The translations under genes and the position numbers were made by a program. The notes beneath the pieces are model-generated. The model did not search any database and was not told the origin of the DNA. It saw nothing but the letters and a program-made list of their open reading frames with translations. A DNA stretch of 64,000 bases from an uncultured Candidatus Saccharibacteria bacterium (GTDB lineage Bacteria > Patescibacteriota > Minisyncoccia > Phycocordibacterales > UBA3531). The stretch covers positions 20,917 to 84,916 of the forward strand of contig CAYIAA010000001.1 in the NCBI GenBank assembly GCA_964361405.1. Direction: 5' to 3'. Below, piece after piece: positions 17,752 to 27,764 of the stretch; positions within the stretch are counted from its first letter, which is position 1; the number at the start of each line of letters is the position of its first letter.

Positions 17752-19131
17752 ATGAAGCAGAAAACTATTTTTATCGTCGTTTCACAGACTATTATCATTC
17801 GGAACATTTTACGCTCCGGTGTATTTGATGCACTTCGCAAAAAAGGTTACAGACTTGTCATCTTCTTTAACTGCGAGCGTCTCCCGGACTATATCTCGGA
17901 AGAGTTCAGTGGTTCCGATGTCACGCTTATCGCTATCCACGACACGAGAGTTGGTCGTCTCCATCGAAAATTTATTGAGTTCACACACCTCTTGCTTTGG
18001 ACTAAAACGACGAGGCGCTATTTCCGTTATAGTCGTAATTTCGTTGAGAAATCGCGTATTATCGTATGGTTCCACCTTGCCGCGATGCGTCTCTTGAGTA
18101 CCATGGGTTTTCTTAAACCGCTTTCGCGCTGGATCGAGGGGATGTTCTTCAAGGAAAGAGATCAAGATGTCGAGACATGTTTCGATCGGTACAAGCCGGA
18201 CTTGGTGTTTTCGACTTCAATCACCTCTAAAATGGACAATGTCTTTATAAAGGCGGCTAAACGGCGCAGTATTCTGACTGTTTCCATGCCGAAGAGTTGG
18301 GATACGGCGACGAAAATGTATTACCGTTTCGTGCCGGATTATTTCATAGTGCAGAACGAACTCCTGAAAGATCAGCTCGTCAATCTTCAGGATTTTTCCC
18401 GGGAGAAGGTTTTTGTCGTCGGCTACCCGCAGTTTGACTGGTATGCGAGGGAAGAAATCATCCGTTCCCGAGAGGAGCATTTCAAAAAAATGGGGCTTGA
18501 TCCGAAGCTCCCGCTCATACTTTTTGGTTCGCAGGGAAGCTGGTACGACAAAGACTACCAGGTTGTCGAGAAAATCTACGAATGGATTCGGAAAGACGAG
18601 CTTGCGCGTCCCGCACAGCTCTTGGTCCGACCCCACTTCTCAAATGTAAAGAAGAATCCTTTCCAGAAATACCGGAATCTTCCGCGGGCGGCTTACGACG
18701 ATTCCTACCGCATATCGTACGATTTCCGGGACAATTGGGATCCGAGTGTTGCTGAAACGATAGATCTCGCGAACACCATTGCCCACGCGGATGTAGTCGT
18801 TATTATTCTCTCAACGCTTGCGCTTGACGCCGCTTGCCGCGATAAACCAGTGATTAACGCGCTCTTCGGGGCGAAATACCGGAAAGGGAAGGATATTACA
18901 CCGCTCATGCAGTACACGAGCCACTACGAATGGGTTATCGACACCGACGCCACATTCCGCGCGAACTCGCCCGAGGAGCTAAAGCGTTATATCAATATCT
19001 GTCTTCAAAATCCGTCAGTGAAGGCGGAGGAGCGGAAAGTCCTCCGTGAACGGCTGTGTTACCGGGTTGACGGAAGGTCGTCGGAACGCTTAGTTCTCGC
19101 GCTTGGAGAGATAATTAAGCGGGGAGAGTAA
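17752..19131 (+). CDS. GT-B fold transferase, TagB/TagF (CDP-glycerol glycerophosphotransferase)-like, paralog of 6895..8241
   Basis: Start moved to MKQKTIF (17752); MPKSWDT, LILFGSQGSW, LLVRPHF and VVIILSTLALDAACRDKPVI blocks. Confidence 0.45.
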   Translation: MKQKTIFIVVSQTIIIRNILRSGVFDALRKKGYRLVIFFNCERLPDYISEEFSGSDVTLIAIHDTRVGRLHRKFIEFTHLLLWTKTTRRYFRYSRNFVEKSRIIVWFHLAAMRLLSTMGFLKPLSRWIEGMFFKERDQDVETCFDRYKPDLVFSTSITSKMDNVFIKAAKRRSILTVSMPKSWDTATKMYYRFVPDYFIVQNELLKDQLVNLQDFSREKVFVVGYPQFDWYAREEIIRSREEHFKKMGLDPKLPLILFGSQGSWYDKDYQVVEKIYEWIRKDELARPAQLLVRPHFSNVKKNPFQKYRNLPRAAYDDSYRISYDFRDNWDPSVAETIDLANTIAHADVVVIILSTLALDAACRDKPVINALFGAKYRKGKDITPLMQYTSHYEWVIDTDATFRANSPEELKRYINICLQNPSVKAEERKVLRERLCYRVDGRSSERLVLALGEIIKRGE

Positions 19132-19776
19132 ATGTATATGGTATCGAAAGAAAAAATGCTTAGATTATTCAGGAAAGTCGCCAATTGGTACTACCTGTTT
19201 CGATTACAAAGACTTCCTGTCTGGGTTGAGATAGAGCGGTTTAAAAAACACGTAACATTCGGGAAGACGTACCCGCATTATGCGAAGTATTACATTCTCT
19301 ATAAAACAATACGTAATCTGAAACCGTTATATACTCTTGAACTCGGGAGCGGCATAAGTTCCCTTATTATTGGGTTTGCTCTCAAGGAAAACGGAGGTGG
19401 CGTCTTAGTTTCGATGGAAGAGAGCGGAGAGTACGGCAAAGAGGTAATGGAAACGATTGGTCATGAATATCCGATTGAACTTCATATAGAGGAAGCCATC
19501 GAAGATAAATACACGGACTTCGAAGGCAATCGATATCAGAATATTCCAAGGAAACCATACGATTTCATTTTTATAGATGGCCCGAGAACGAAAAAAGTAG
19601 ATCTCGACGTTTTCTATATACTGGAGTATTGCCCGAATGCCCGAGTGCTTATTGATAACCGCAAGAGAACATTCGATGCGTTCAAATCAAGATTCAGATC
19701 CAGTTTTAATACTATTACGAACATCGGGTATATTAACTTGCCTACAATAAAATCTAGATATGAGCGGACGAGTTAA
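19132..19776 (+). CDS. putative SAM-dependent methyltransferase
   Basis: 214 aa; LELGSGISSLIIG motif-I-like glycine loop followed by an acidic residue; weak. Confidence 0.4.
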   Translation: MYMVSKEKMLRLFRKVANWYYLFRLQRLPVWVEIERFKKHVTFGKTYPHYAKYYILYKTIRNLKPLYTLELGSGISSLIIGFALKENGGGVLVSMEESGEYGKEVMETIGHEYPIELHIEEAIEDKYTDFEGNRYQNIPRKPYDFIFIDGPRTKKVDLDVFYILEYCPNARVLIDNRKRTFDAFKSRFRSSFNTITNIGYINLPTIKSRYERTS

Positions 19777-21547
19777 CAATTTACGAAGACTCATTGGGAT
19801 ATCCGGAACAACATTCCGGCAGTATCAGGGGCAGATTATTCTTATCACTGTGCTCGGATTTGTGGGTGGGATTCTCGAAGGTATTGGCGTGAACGCCCTC
19901 ATTCCTGTTTTTTCATTTGCCGCAGGGGAAGGTTTTGCCGCGGGGGACGCCATCTCGCGCTTTATTGAGAATGTTTTTGTTTTTGCCGGTATTCCATTTC
20001 GTCTTGGATACTTGATTGCAGTTGTGGTCTTTCTATTCCTCGGGAAAGCCGTTGCCTTCTACTTCTTTAGTGTTATAAAGGTGAGAATCACTGCTGACTA
20101 CGAGCATTACCTGCGGAGCGACCTTATGGCAGGCACGCTTCGCGCGCGGTGGCTTTACCTCGCCAGTGAGAAGATCGGGCACCTTGAGAATGTGCTGATG
20201 ACCGATGTTCGGTTTGCATCAACAATCCTTCAGAAGGTGAGCAACCTTATCATGGCTTTCTCGAGTATTACTGTGTATTCGCTTATCGCAATCTCGATTT
20301 CTGCGCGAATCACGCTTCTCGCACTCGGGTTTGGTGCCCTTATCGCGCTTCTTTTTAAACGTCTCGTCGCGGAGGTGCGGGAGGTTGCCGCGGAGACAGG
20401 GCAATTCAATAAACGCGTCGCCCACTACGTGAACGAGAGTGTGCTTGGGATGAAAATTCTGAAAGCGATGGATGTAGGGGAAGGTGTGCGCGCGCGAGCG
20501 CAGGGGTACTTTGACCGCCTGAAAGAGCTCAAAATCCGGCTCGTTTTACTCACGAATTGGAGTGCGGTCGCGCTCCAGCCGCTTTCGGTCTTTTTCATTC
20601 TCACTCTCTTTGCTTTTTCATACCGCACCCCGGATTTTCAGCTCGCATCGTTTATGGTTGTCGTCTATCTCGTCTACCGCATTTTCCAACAGGTGAATCA
20701 AGTGCTTGGTAGTCTCTATGCCGCGGCGGACACCGAGCCATACCTTGAAACCGCCCTTGCCTATCAAAGGCGCACGGCGGAGGCGCGGGAGAGTAAGGGT
20801 GGCAAAGAACCCTTTGCATTCTCACGTGAACTTGCCTTTAGAAACGTTTCTTTTTCCTATACAGCCGGAGAGTCAGTGCTCAGCGGGGTCAATTTCAAGA
20901 TTGAACGCGGTGAAATGATCGGGCTCATTGGCCCATCTGGAGCGGGGAAGACGACTGTTGTCGATCTTTTGCTTCGGCTGTTTTCTCCGACTGCCGGGGA
21001 GATTACTGTGGACGGGGGTAATGTAGAAGCTATCGCCGTCCCCGCGTGGCGCAAGTCCGTTGGCTACATTCCGCAGGACATATTTTTGATGAATGATACT
21101 GTCACAGCAAATGTGAAGTTCTACGATGACTCAATCTCGGACGAGGTGGTACAGAGTGCCGTTCGAGATGCGGCGATTGCCGAACGTATTGATCGCCTGC
21201 CGCAGAAATTTGAAACGGTCGTTGGGGAACGTGGAGTCCGACTCTCCGCGGGCGAACGCCAACGTATCGCGATTGCACGGGTCTTGGCGCGGAAACCCGC
21301 GATTCTAATTCTGGACGAGGCGACGAGCGCGCTTGACAGTGAATCGGAGAAGGAAGTACAAAAGGTGATCGAGTCCTTGAAGGGCCATGTTACCATCATT
21401 GTGATTGCCCACCGGCTTTCGACGGTTATGCACTGTGATCGGCTTCTAGTTTTGGATGGTGGCAGTATCGCGGAATCAGGAACACCAGAGGAACTTCTTA
21501 AACGGCAGAGTTCTTATTTCTATAAACTGATTCACCTTACATCTTAG
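19760..21547 (+). CDS. ABC exporter, fused permease and ATPase (MsbA-like flippase/exporter)
   Basis: 595 aa; six predicted TM helices followed by Walker A GPSGAGKTT, signature LSAGERQRIAIAR and Walker B ILILDEATSALD. Confidence 0.8.
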   Translation: MSGRVNNLRRLIGISGTTFRQYQGQIILITVLGFVGGILEGIGVNALIPVFSFAAGEGFAAGDAISRFIENVFVFAGIPFRLGYLIAVVVFLFLGKAVAFYFFSVIKVRITADYEHYLRSDLMAGTLRARWLYLASEKIGHLENVLMTDVRFASTILQKVSNLIMAFSSITVYSLIAISISARITLLALGFGALIALLFKRLVAEVREVAAETGQFNKRVAHYVNESVLGMKILKAMDVGEGVRARAQGYFDRLKELKIRLVLLTNWSAVALQPLSVFFILTLFAFSYRTPDFQLASFMVVVYLVYRIFQQVNQVLGSLYAAADTEPYLETALAYQRRTAEARESKGGKEPFAFSRELAFRNVSFSYTAGESVLSGVNFKIERGEMIGLIGPSGAGKTTVVDLLLRLFSPTAGEITVDGGNVEAIAVPAWRKSVGYIPQDIFLMNDTVTANVKFYDDSISDEVVQSAVRDAAIAERIDRLPQKFETVVGERGVRLSAGERQRIAIARVLARKPAILILDEATSALDSESEKEVQKVIESLKGHVTIIVIAHRLSTVMHCDRLLVLDGGSIAESGTPEELLKRQSSYFYKLIHLTS

Positions 21548-21549
21548 TT

Positions 21550-23082
21550 ATGCGTGTTTTCGTTTTTCGTTTTCATTCCCCAATGTTGATCAATGTCGTA
21601 CGCCGGTTCCGAGACGAAGGCACCGAGGTTTTATATTGGGAGGGGTCCAAACACTACTTCGACGCTCTACGGAAGAGCGGGGAATTTCCCAAGACAATGT
21701 TTCATAACACGATCGACGCTGTCCGTGGAATCCCTGCTCTAGGTCTCGACGTGTCGTCCTTCGAGCCAGCGGGGAAAAACCTTCTCGAAACTATGTCGCC
21801 CCATGAGGCGCAAATTATTCGCATGATGGATGCTGTTGATATAGATGGAGCGTCGTATGCTAAGAAGAAACACCTGTACACACAATACCTCTCTTACTGG
21901 AGTGGGCTTCTTGAGAAAATGAAGCCCGACGCAATTCTCTTCGCCGATATTCCTCACATAGCTCATCAATACACGCTCTATGCACTCGCGAAGCAGAAGG
22001 GAGTGCGAACCCTGATGCTCCGCACGATTCCTGTTTTTGGTCGCCTTATCTTTTTTTCCGACCACACCTGCTATGATGAGCTTGCCGAAGAGGTTCATAA
22101 AACAAAAGGGAAACTTTTCAACGTTTCTGATCTCTCAGCCGATGCACGCCTCTACTACGAACGGCAGACGAATCTGCGAGTGGATGCGCACCCTTTCTAC
22201 ATGAAGCATGAGTATATTAAAGGATTTCAACGTGGTAGGCGTTTACTTCCCAATATACAGAGTATTTTCCAGCATCTCCGGGATGGGACGCTTTTTACCA
22301 CAGTGCATGGCTACTTTGGTATGCTCTCGCGTAAGCGAAGAATCGCGAGCATCGAAGGATTTGAGGTAACGGGTTTCGGGCTCAAGAAAAAAATGCGGGA
22401 GTGGCAAGGGAAAAAGGAAAATTTCCGCGAGGAGCACAGTCGGTTCGTCACCCTCAATCCTGACTACTCGCGGAAGTTTATTTATGTTGCACTCCACAAA
22501 CAGCCGGAGGCATCAACCTCCGCTATGGGTGATGTCTTTGTTGATCAGTTGCTCATGGTCGAAATGTTATCGCGTTCGCTTCTTCCCGACTGGTTTTTGT
22601 ACGTTAAGGAGAGTCCACTCCAGTGGGTTAATCCGCGTGCTGAACTCGGGCGCTATCCCGGTTATTACGAAGAGATGGCAAGATATCCGAATGTCATTCT
22701 CGTTCCAACCGACACCGATACCTTTATGCTCACCGAGCTCTCGCAGGCTGTTGCTTCGGTGACGGGGACAGTTGGCTTTGAAGCCGTCCTCCGGGGTAAG
22801 CCCGCACTTGCCTTCGGGCATATTTGGTACCAACATTGCGACGGGGTGTTTAAGGTGCAGAATTTTGATGCGTGCAAGCAGGCGATTTGCGAAATTGCCG
22901 CTGGCTCGAAGCCAGATAAGCAGAAAGTACTCAACTTTATGGTGGCACTTGACCGAGGGACGGTGCGAGGGTTTCCAAATTTGCGTTTTCAGAAAGATAC
23001 CGGTATTGGTATCAAGGAGAATGTAGGTGCGATTGCTGGTGCTTTTGGGCGGATGCTCGGTCTCCGGCAAGGTCCAAATTAG
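21550..23082 (+). CDS. GT-B fold capsule/teichoic-acid-type polysaccharide biosynthesis protein (KpsC/KpsS or TagF-like; family uncertain)
   Basis: 510 aa; C-terminal GTVGFEAVLRGKPALAFG block typical of GT-B nucleotide-binding domains; VALHKQPE motif. Confidence 0.35.
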   Translation: MRVFVFRFHSPMLINVVRRFRDEGTEVLYWEGSKHYFDALRKSGEFPKTMFHNTIDAVRGIPALGLDVSSFEPAGKNLLETMSPHEAQIIRMMDAVDIDGASYAKKKHLYTQYLSYWSGLLEKMKPDAILFADIPHIAHQYTLYALAKQKGVRTLMLRTIPVFGRLIFFSDHTCYDELAEEVHKTKGKLFNVSDLSADARLYYERQTNLRVDAHPFYMKHEYIKGFQRGRRLLPNIQSIFQHLRDGTLFTTVHGYFGMLSRKRRIASIEGFEVTGFGLKKKMREWQGKKENFREEHSRFVTLNPDYSRKFIYVALHKQPEASTSAMGDVFVDQLLMVEMLSRSLLPDWFLYVKESPLQWVNPRAELGRYPGYYEEMARYPNVILVPTDTDTFMLTELSQAVASVTGTVGFEAVLRGKPALAFGHIWYQHCDGVFKVQNFDACKQAICEIAAGSKPDKQKVLNFMVALDRGTVRGFPNLRFQKDTGIGIKENVGAIAGAFGRMLGLRQGPN

Positions 23083-23117
23083 GCGACATTTTACTGATTC
23101 GGCAAGTTATAAAAACC

Positions 23118-24266
23118 ATGCGCAAGATTTGTTTCGTCATTACATCCCATATCCACTATGCCCGGAGCAAGCTTATTTTGGAAGAACTCAAGCGTGACCT
23201 AGGAACAGAGCTTTTGATCGTTGTTGGAGCATCGGCGATTCTCGACCCGCATGGCGATGTTTTGTCACTCCTCGAGCGCGATGGGTTTCCCCACCACGCA
23301 AAAATTCACATGATGCTCGAAGGGGGAAATCCGATTGCGATGGCAAAAACGACCGGTATCGGTATTATGGAATTCGCGACCGCATTCGATAATCTCCGTC
23401 CTGACGTCGTCGTCGTCCGCGGTGACCGCTATGAAGTGCTTGCCGCCGTAATCGCCGCGGCCTATCTCCATATTCCCATCGCGCATATCGAAGGGGGAGA
23501 TGTGACGGGCACGATTGACGAGAGCGTGCGCCACGCGATTACGAAGCTCGCGCACATTCACTTCACTACCAATGAGGCGGCACGGAAGCGAGTTCTTGCC
23601 ATGGGGGAGCATCCGAAGTACGTGTTTAATTTCGGCGCGCCCGAACTTGAGTTTGTCGCTAAAAATACCTTTCAGATTGACAACGACTTTATCAACCGTC
23701 TCGGCGTCGGTGATGCAATAGACATTGACGAGCCGTTTCTCGTAGTAATGCAACATCCGGTGACGAGCGAGATGGGAAAAAATCGCGCACACATCGAAGA
23801 AACGCTTCACGCAGTGCACGACCTCAAAATTCCGACCATTTGGTTTTGGCCGAATGTCGATGCAGGCTCCGACGAGATATCAAAAGGTATCCGGTCATTT
23901 CGAGAAAAGTATAAACCAGAACATATGCGTTTTATTAAATACCTCCCGCCGGAGGAATTCATTGCGCTTTTGAAAAAAACACACTGCCTGGTGGGAAATT
24001 CTTCGGCGGGGATTAAAGAGAGTTCTTATCTTGGTATTCCGGTCGTCAATATCGGTACGCGGCAGAATAATCGCCTGCGGGGTAACAATGTTTTGGATGT
24101 CCCACACAATCGGAATAAGATAAAGAAAGCAATTCAAAAACAACTTGCCCACGGACTCTATAAAAAAGACATGCTCTACTGCCAAAAAGACACCTCTAAA
24201 AATATTGTACGGACGCTCAAAAAAGTCACGCTCTATACCCAAAAAGTTTTTCATGATCGGAAGTAA
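23118..24266 (+). CDS. UDP-N-acetylglucosamine 2-epimerase (hydrolysing), NeuC/LegG-like
   Basis: 382 aa; AHIEGGDVTGTIDESVRHAITKLAHIHFTTNE closely parallels the NeuC [31 protein letters not shown] block. Confidence 0.75.
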   Translation: MRKICFVITSHIHYARSKLILEELKRDLGTELLIVVGASAILDPHGDVLSLLERDGFPHHAKIHMMLEGGNPIAMAKTTGIGIMEFATAFDNLRPDVVVVRGDRYEVLAAVIAAAYLHIPIAHIEGGDVTGTIDESVRHAITKLAHIHFTTNEAARKRVLAMGEHPKYVFNFGAPELEFVAKNTFQIDNDFINRLGVGDAIDIDEPFLVVMQHPVTSEMGKNRAHIEETLHAVHDLKIPTIWFWPNVDAGSDEISKGIRSFREKYKPEHMRFIKYLPPEEFIALLKKTHCLVGNSSAGIKESSYLGIPVVNIGTRQNNRLRGNNVLDVPHNRNKIKKAIQKQLAHGLYKKDMLYCQKDTSKNIVRTLKKVTLYTQKVFHDRK

Positions 24267-24275
24267 TCTAATATC

Positions 24276-24992
24276 GTGGCAAAGCGAATTTCAGTATTAG
24301 GTATTATCACCGCGCGGGGCGGCTCAAAAGGCATTCCGCGGAAAAATATTAAAGACCTCTGCGGAAAGCCGCTTATCGCATATACCATCGAGGCGGCAAA
24401 AGGGAGTAAATTACTTACCCGGTGCGTGCTTTCTACCGACGACACAGAGATCGCCGATATTTCCAAAAAATTCGGATGCGAAGTGCCATTTATGCGTCCT
24501 GTGGAATTTGCACAAGACAGTTCCACTTCCATTGACACAGTTAAACATGCAGTGAATTGGTTTAAGGATAACGAGGCAAAAGAATATGATTATATTATGA
24601 TTCTTCAACCAACGTCTCCCGGTAGAACGAGCGAAGATATTGACGCATCTATTAAAATTGCAGAGAAGACTGGCGCGGATTCGGTAATGAGTATGAAGGA
24701 GCTCGTTGATATGTCGGCGAAGAAGTTAAAAAAAATCGATGAGTCGGGAAAGATTCTTCCGTACTATGAAGATGAGGGAAGAGTGTCTATGATGCGGCAG
24801 GATCTTGCGAAAGTGTATAAGAGAAACTGTGCGATTTATTTGACGAAAACCGCGTCTATTATGAATGGCGATTTATTCGGCGCGGATTCTCGCGCATACA
24901 TCATGCCCGAAGAGCGATCGGCCGATATCAATAAACCCGCTGATTTTGAGTTAGCGGAGTTTTGGATGAGAAAACTTGGAAAATGCGGTTAA
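24276..24992 (+). CDS. acylneuraminate (nonulosonate) cytidylyltransferase, NeuA/CMP-NulO synthetase family
   Basis: GTG start; ITARGGSKGIPRKNIKDLCGKPLIAYTIEAA matches the CMP-sialate synthetase N-terminal motif. Confidence 0.75.
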   Translation: MAKRISVLGIITARGGSKGIPRKNIKDLCGKPLIAYTIEAAKGSKLLTRCVLSTDDTEIADISKKFGCEVPFMRPVEFAQDSSTSIDTVKHAVNWFKDNEAKEYDYIMILQPTSPGRTSEDIDASIKIAEKTGADSVMSMKELVDMSAKKLKKIDESGKILPYYEDEGRVSMMRQDLAKVYKRNCAIYLTKTASIMNGDLFGADSRAYIMPEERSADINKPADFELAEFWMRKLGKCG

Positions 24993-25960
24993 AAATTTTA
25001 AACACCATCGGATCCGAGTTTGCGGAGAAGGCAAAAGCTATTACAGATGCCCTGGGGGAGAGCGACTACAAATCAGTTTCTCAATCTGACCTTCCAAATG
25101 AGATCGAAAAATACGATATTGCAATTGTGGGTTTCGCGAACAAGTTTGACGCGGAAGTTTTGTCGCGCGCAAAGAATTTGAAAGTGATTGCAACTCCTGC
25201 AACCGGACTTGATCATATTGACCTGGCAGTTGCAAAAGAGAAGGGAATCGAGATTCTCTCGCTTCGCGGCGAGACGGAGTTCCTGAATTCAATCACGGGT
25301 ACTGCCGAGCTTGCGTTCGGTCTCTTGATTGATCTTCTCCGGATGACGCCGTTTTCATTTAACGATGTAAAGGAAGGCCGATGGAATAGGGAAAAGTGGC
25401 GTGGGCACAATCTTTCCGGCATGACACTTGGCGTTGTCGGCGTGGGGCGTTTGGGCAGGTGGATGGTTCGCTACGGCAATGCGTTCGATATGAAAGTTAT
25501 TTTTTCCGATCCGAATGTCGAGAAGGTGGATTGTCAAGGGTTCCCCTTGACAACAAATGGAGCAAAAAAAGTGACTTTTGATGAACTTTTATCCGCAAGT
25601 GATGCCATATCAATTCATGTACACCTGGCACCGGACACGGAAAATCTCTTTCATAAACAAGCGTTTGAGAAGATGAAAAAGACCGCCGTGCTCGTGAATA
25701 CCGCGCGCGGCAAGATCGTGAATGAAAAAGACGTATTAGAAGCTCTCATGGGTGGTACTATCGGGGGCTATGCGACGGACGTTTTCGCCGACGAGCTCGA
25801 TTTCAAAAACAATTCCTTCGCGGATCATCCTCTGGTTGAATATGCCAAGGGACATACGAATTGTATTATTGTCCCGCATATCGGCGGCATGACGTATGAA
25901 TCCCGCGAGGCGACGGACGTGTTTATTTCGGAAAAACTCGCTCGCCATTTAAAAAATTGA
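24983..25960 (+). CDS. D-isomer-specific 2-hydroxyacid dehydrogenase (glycerate/hydroxypyruvate reductase or PGDH-like)
   Basis: NAD-binding GVVGVGRLGRWM loop; catalytic-domain pattern ARGKIVNE...HIGG; start could be 24962 or 24983. Confidence 0.7.
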   Translation: MRLKILNTIGSEFAEKAKAITDALGESDYKSVSQSDLPNEIEKYDIAIVGFANKFDAEVLSRAKNLKVIATPATGLDHIDLAVAKEKGIEILSLRGETEFLNSITGTAELAFGLLIDLLRMTPFSFNDVKEGRWNREKWRGHNLSGMTLGVVGVGRLGRWMVRYGNAFDMKVIFSDPNVEKVDCQGFPLTTNGAKKVTFDELLSASDAISIHVHLAPDTENLFHKQAFEKMKKTAVLVNTARGKIVNEKDVLEALMGGTIGGYATDVFADELDFKNNSFADHPLVEYAKGHTNCIIVPHIGGMTYESREATDVFISEKLARHLKN

Positions 25961-25964
25961 TGCG

Positions 25965-26888
25965 ATGAAGGAAGCACCATACCCCAATTTTCTTGTTATA
26001 GGGATGGAGAGAAGTGGCACGCATTGGGTTGCTGCTCTTCTCAACAATCACCCCGAAATCGCGTGTTTTCCGTCACTTCCGTTTTACACCGAAGCCGGAA
26101 GGAACAATATCGGCGAGGTTCATTTTTTTAATACGCTGGCCGGCCTCGACAGAGTGGTCGGGGAGCGCGATACTCGTTCATTTGAAGATTTTTCGACTAA
26201 ATACAACCAAGTTTTTGCCGACCTGGTGCCGTATAAAGACAAGGTTTCAAAGGAAGAACTCTACGTGATGTTTTGTAAGCGATACAGCGATTACTGTAAC
26301 GAGCAGCGTGGTAACAAAAAAATCGTCGGTGAATCAACGCCCGCGTATGTCTTTCACCTCGATTTTATTGACACCCTGTATCCGGGTATTAAGAAAATAG
26401 CGAGCATACGCGACCCGAAAGATAAGATTGTTTCATGGCATTTCAACATGATCAGAAAAAATCGGAAGCCCGCAGGCGAACCTATCACAGAAGAATTTGC
26501 TCTGGGTTATCTTAGAAAACGTATTATCCCCGAATATGAGTCACTTCTTTTATACAATGGAGATGTGCATGTCCTCACCTATGAGCGGATGCACGAAAAA
26601 ACAAAGGAGGTCGCGCGCGGCATGGTGGAATACCTTGGTATGAAAGTCACCGATGAGCTGCTTGACCATATGGAAGCAGAATCTACTTTTGAACGGCAAA
26701 CGGCTCGTGACAGTGCAGATCATACACCTCGTAAGCCGGGAGAGCAGGATGTTTCAAGCGGCCTTCGGAAGGGGATTGTTGGCGATTGGAGGGGAAATAT
26801 AAATGACGCACTGGTGGCAAAGATAGACAGTGAAGTTGCGGAAATACGGAAAAAAGTGTTTGATAGATACCACGTTCTAGAAGAATAA
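25965..26888 (+). CDS. sulfotransferase family protein
   Basis: 307 aa; 5'-PSB-like PNFLVIGMERSGTHWV and 3'-PB-like RDPKDKIVSWHF motifs. Confidence 0.65.
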   Translation: MKEAPYPNFLVIGMERSGTHWVAALLNNHPEIACFPSLPFYTEAGRNNIGEVHFFNTLAGLDRVVGERDTRSFEDFSTKYNQVFADLVPYKDKVSKEELYVMFCKRYSDYCNEQRGNKKIVGESTPAYVFHLDFIDTLYPGIKKIASIRDPKDKIVSWHFNMIRKNRKPAGEPITEEFALGYLRKRIIPEYESLLLYNGDVHVLTYERMHEKTKEVARGMVEYLGMKVTDELLDHMEAESTFERQTARDSADHTPRKPGEQDVSSGLRKGIVGDWRGNINDALVAKIDSEVAEIRKKVFDRYHVLEE

Positions 26889-26893
26889 TAATT

Positions 26894-27751
26894 ATGAAAA
26901 AAAGTGACACACTTCTGCGGTTCTCGTTTACATGGGAAGGGCTCCGTACCTGTCCACTGTGCTCCCATGAGGTTATGCTGCCCTCGGGCAGTGTCGAATG
27001 GCTCGATATGCGGTTTTGGTATGTTATATGCCCCCGTTGTGGTCTTAAGTACATGAACCCGCGTCCCACTCAAGCCTCATACCAGAAATTTTATAAAGAT
27101 TACTTTTGGCAACAAAAGGTCCATAATATTGGTTTTCGGAAAGAGGGCCAAATGTGGGGCATCAAAAAGTATCAATGGGACAATGAGAAAAAATGGACAA
27201 AAGAGGAAGGGGTGAAGAATAAAATGGAGAAGCTAAAAGCACTTCGAATCGATACCGTTACCAAGGCACTCCTCTCGAAATTAGCCATTAATCGAAAGAG
27301 TCATATTCTTGAAGTGGGTTCTGGGTTTCCGGTGACACTTGATGCAATAAACAAGAAATACGGAGCCTCCGTCTATGCCATTGAACCCTCTTTAGAGGCA
27401 CAGAAATCAATTAAAAAATTCAAAAACGTCACTTTTCTTGGTTCGTACGGGGAGGAACTCAAAGTCTTGCGAAAAGGTAAAACAAAATTCGACGCCGTTA
27501 TTTTTTCGCACTCGCTTGAAAATACATTGGTACCGTTTGAGATCATGGGTTATGCACGAGATGTTTTACGCAAAGGAGGTATTATCTACGTTCAGTGCGC
27601 AAATTTGCAGACTTTTGACCAAATGAACCCATACCATCCCTACATTTTTTCTGAGAGCGCCTTTCGAGTCCTCACGAAAAAACTCAAAATGCGATACGAG
27701 AGAATATCGGATCCTACCGATCGAATGCTCACTTCACTTTTTATAAAATAG
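26894..27751 (+). CDS. SAM-dependent methyltransferase with N-terminal Cys4 zinc-ribbon
   Basis: CPLCSH...CPRCG pairs; LEVGSGFPVT motif I. Confidence 0.55.
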   Translation: MKKSDTLLRFSFTWEGLRTCPLCSHEVMLPSGSVEWLDMRFWYVICPRCGLKYMNPRPTQASYQKFYKDYFWQQKVHNIGFRKEGQMWGIKKYQWDNEKKWTKEEGVKNKMEKLKALRIDTVTKALLSKLAINRKSHILEVGSGFPVTLDAINKKYGASVYAIEPSLEAQKSIKKFKNVTFLGSYGEELKVLRKGKTKFDAVIFSHSLENTLVPFEIMGYARDVLRKGGIIYVQCANLQTFDQMNPYHPYIFSESAFRVLTKKLKMRYERISDPTDRMLTSLFIK

Positions 27752-27764
27752 AAATACCTCGGGA

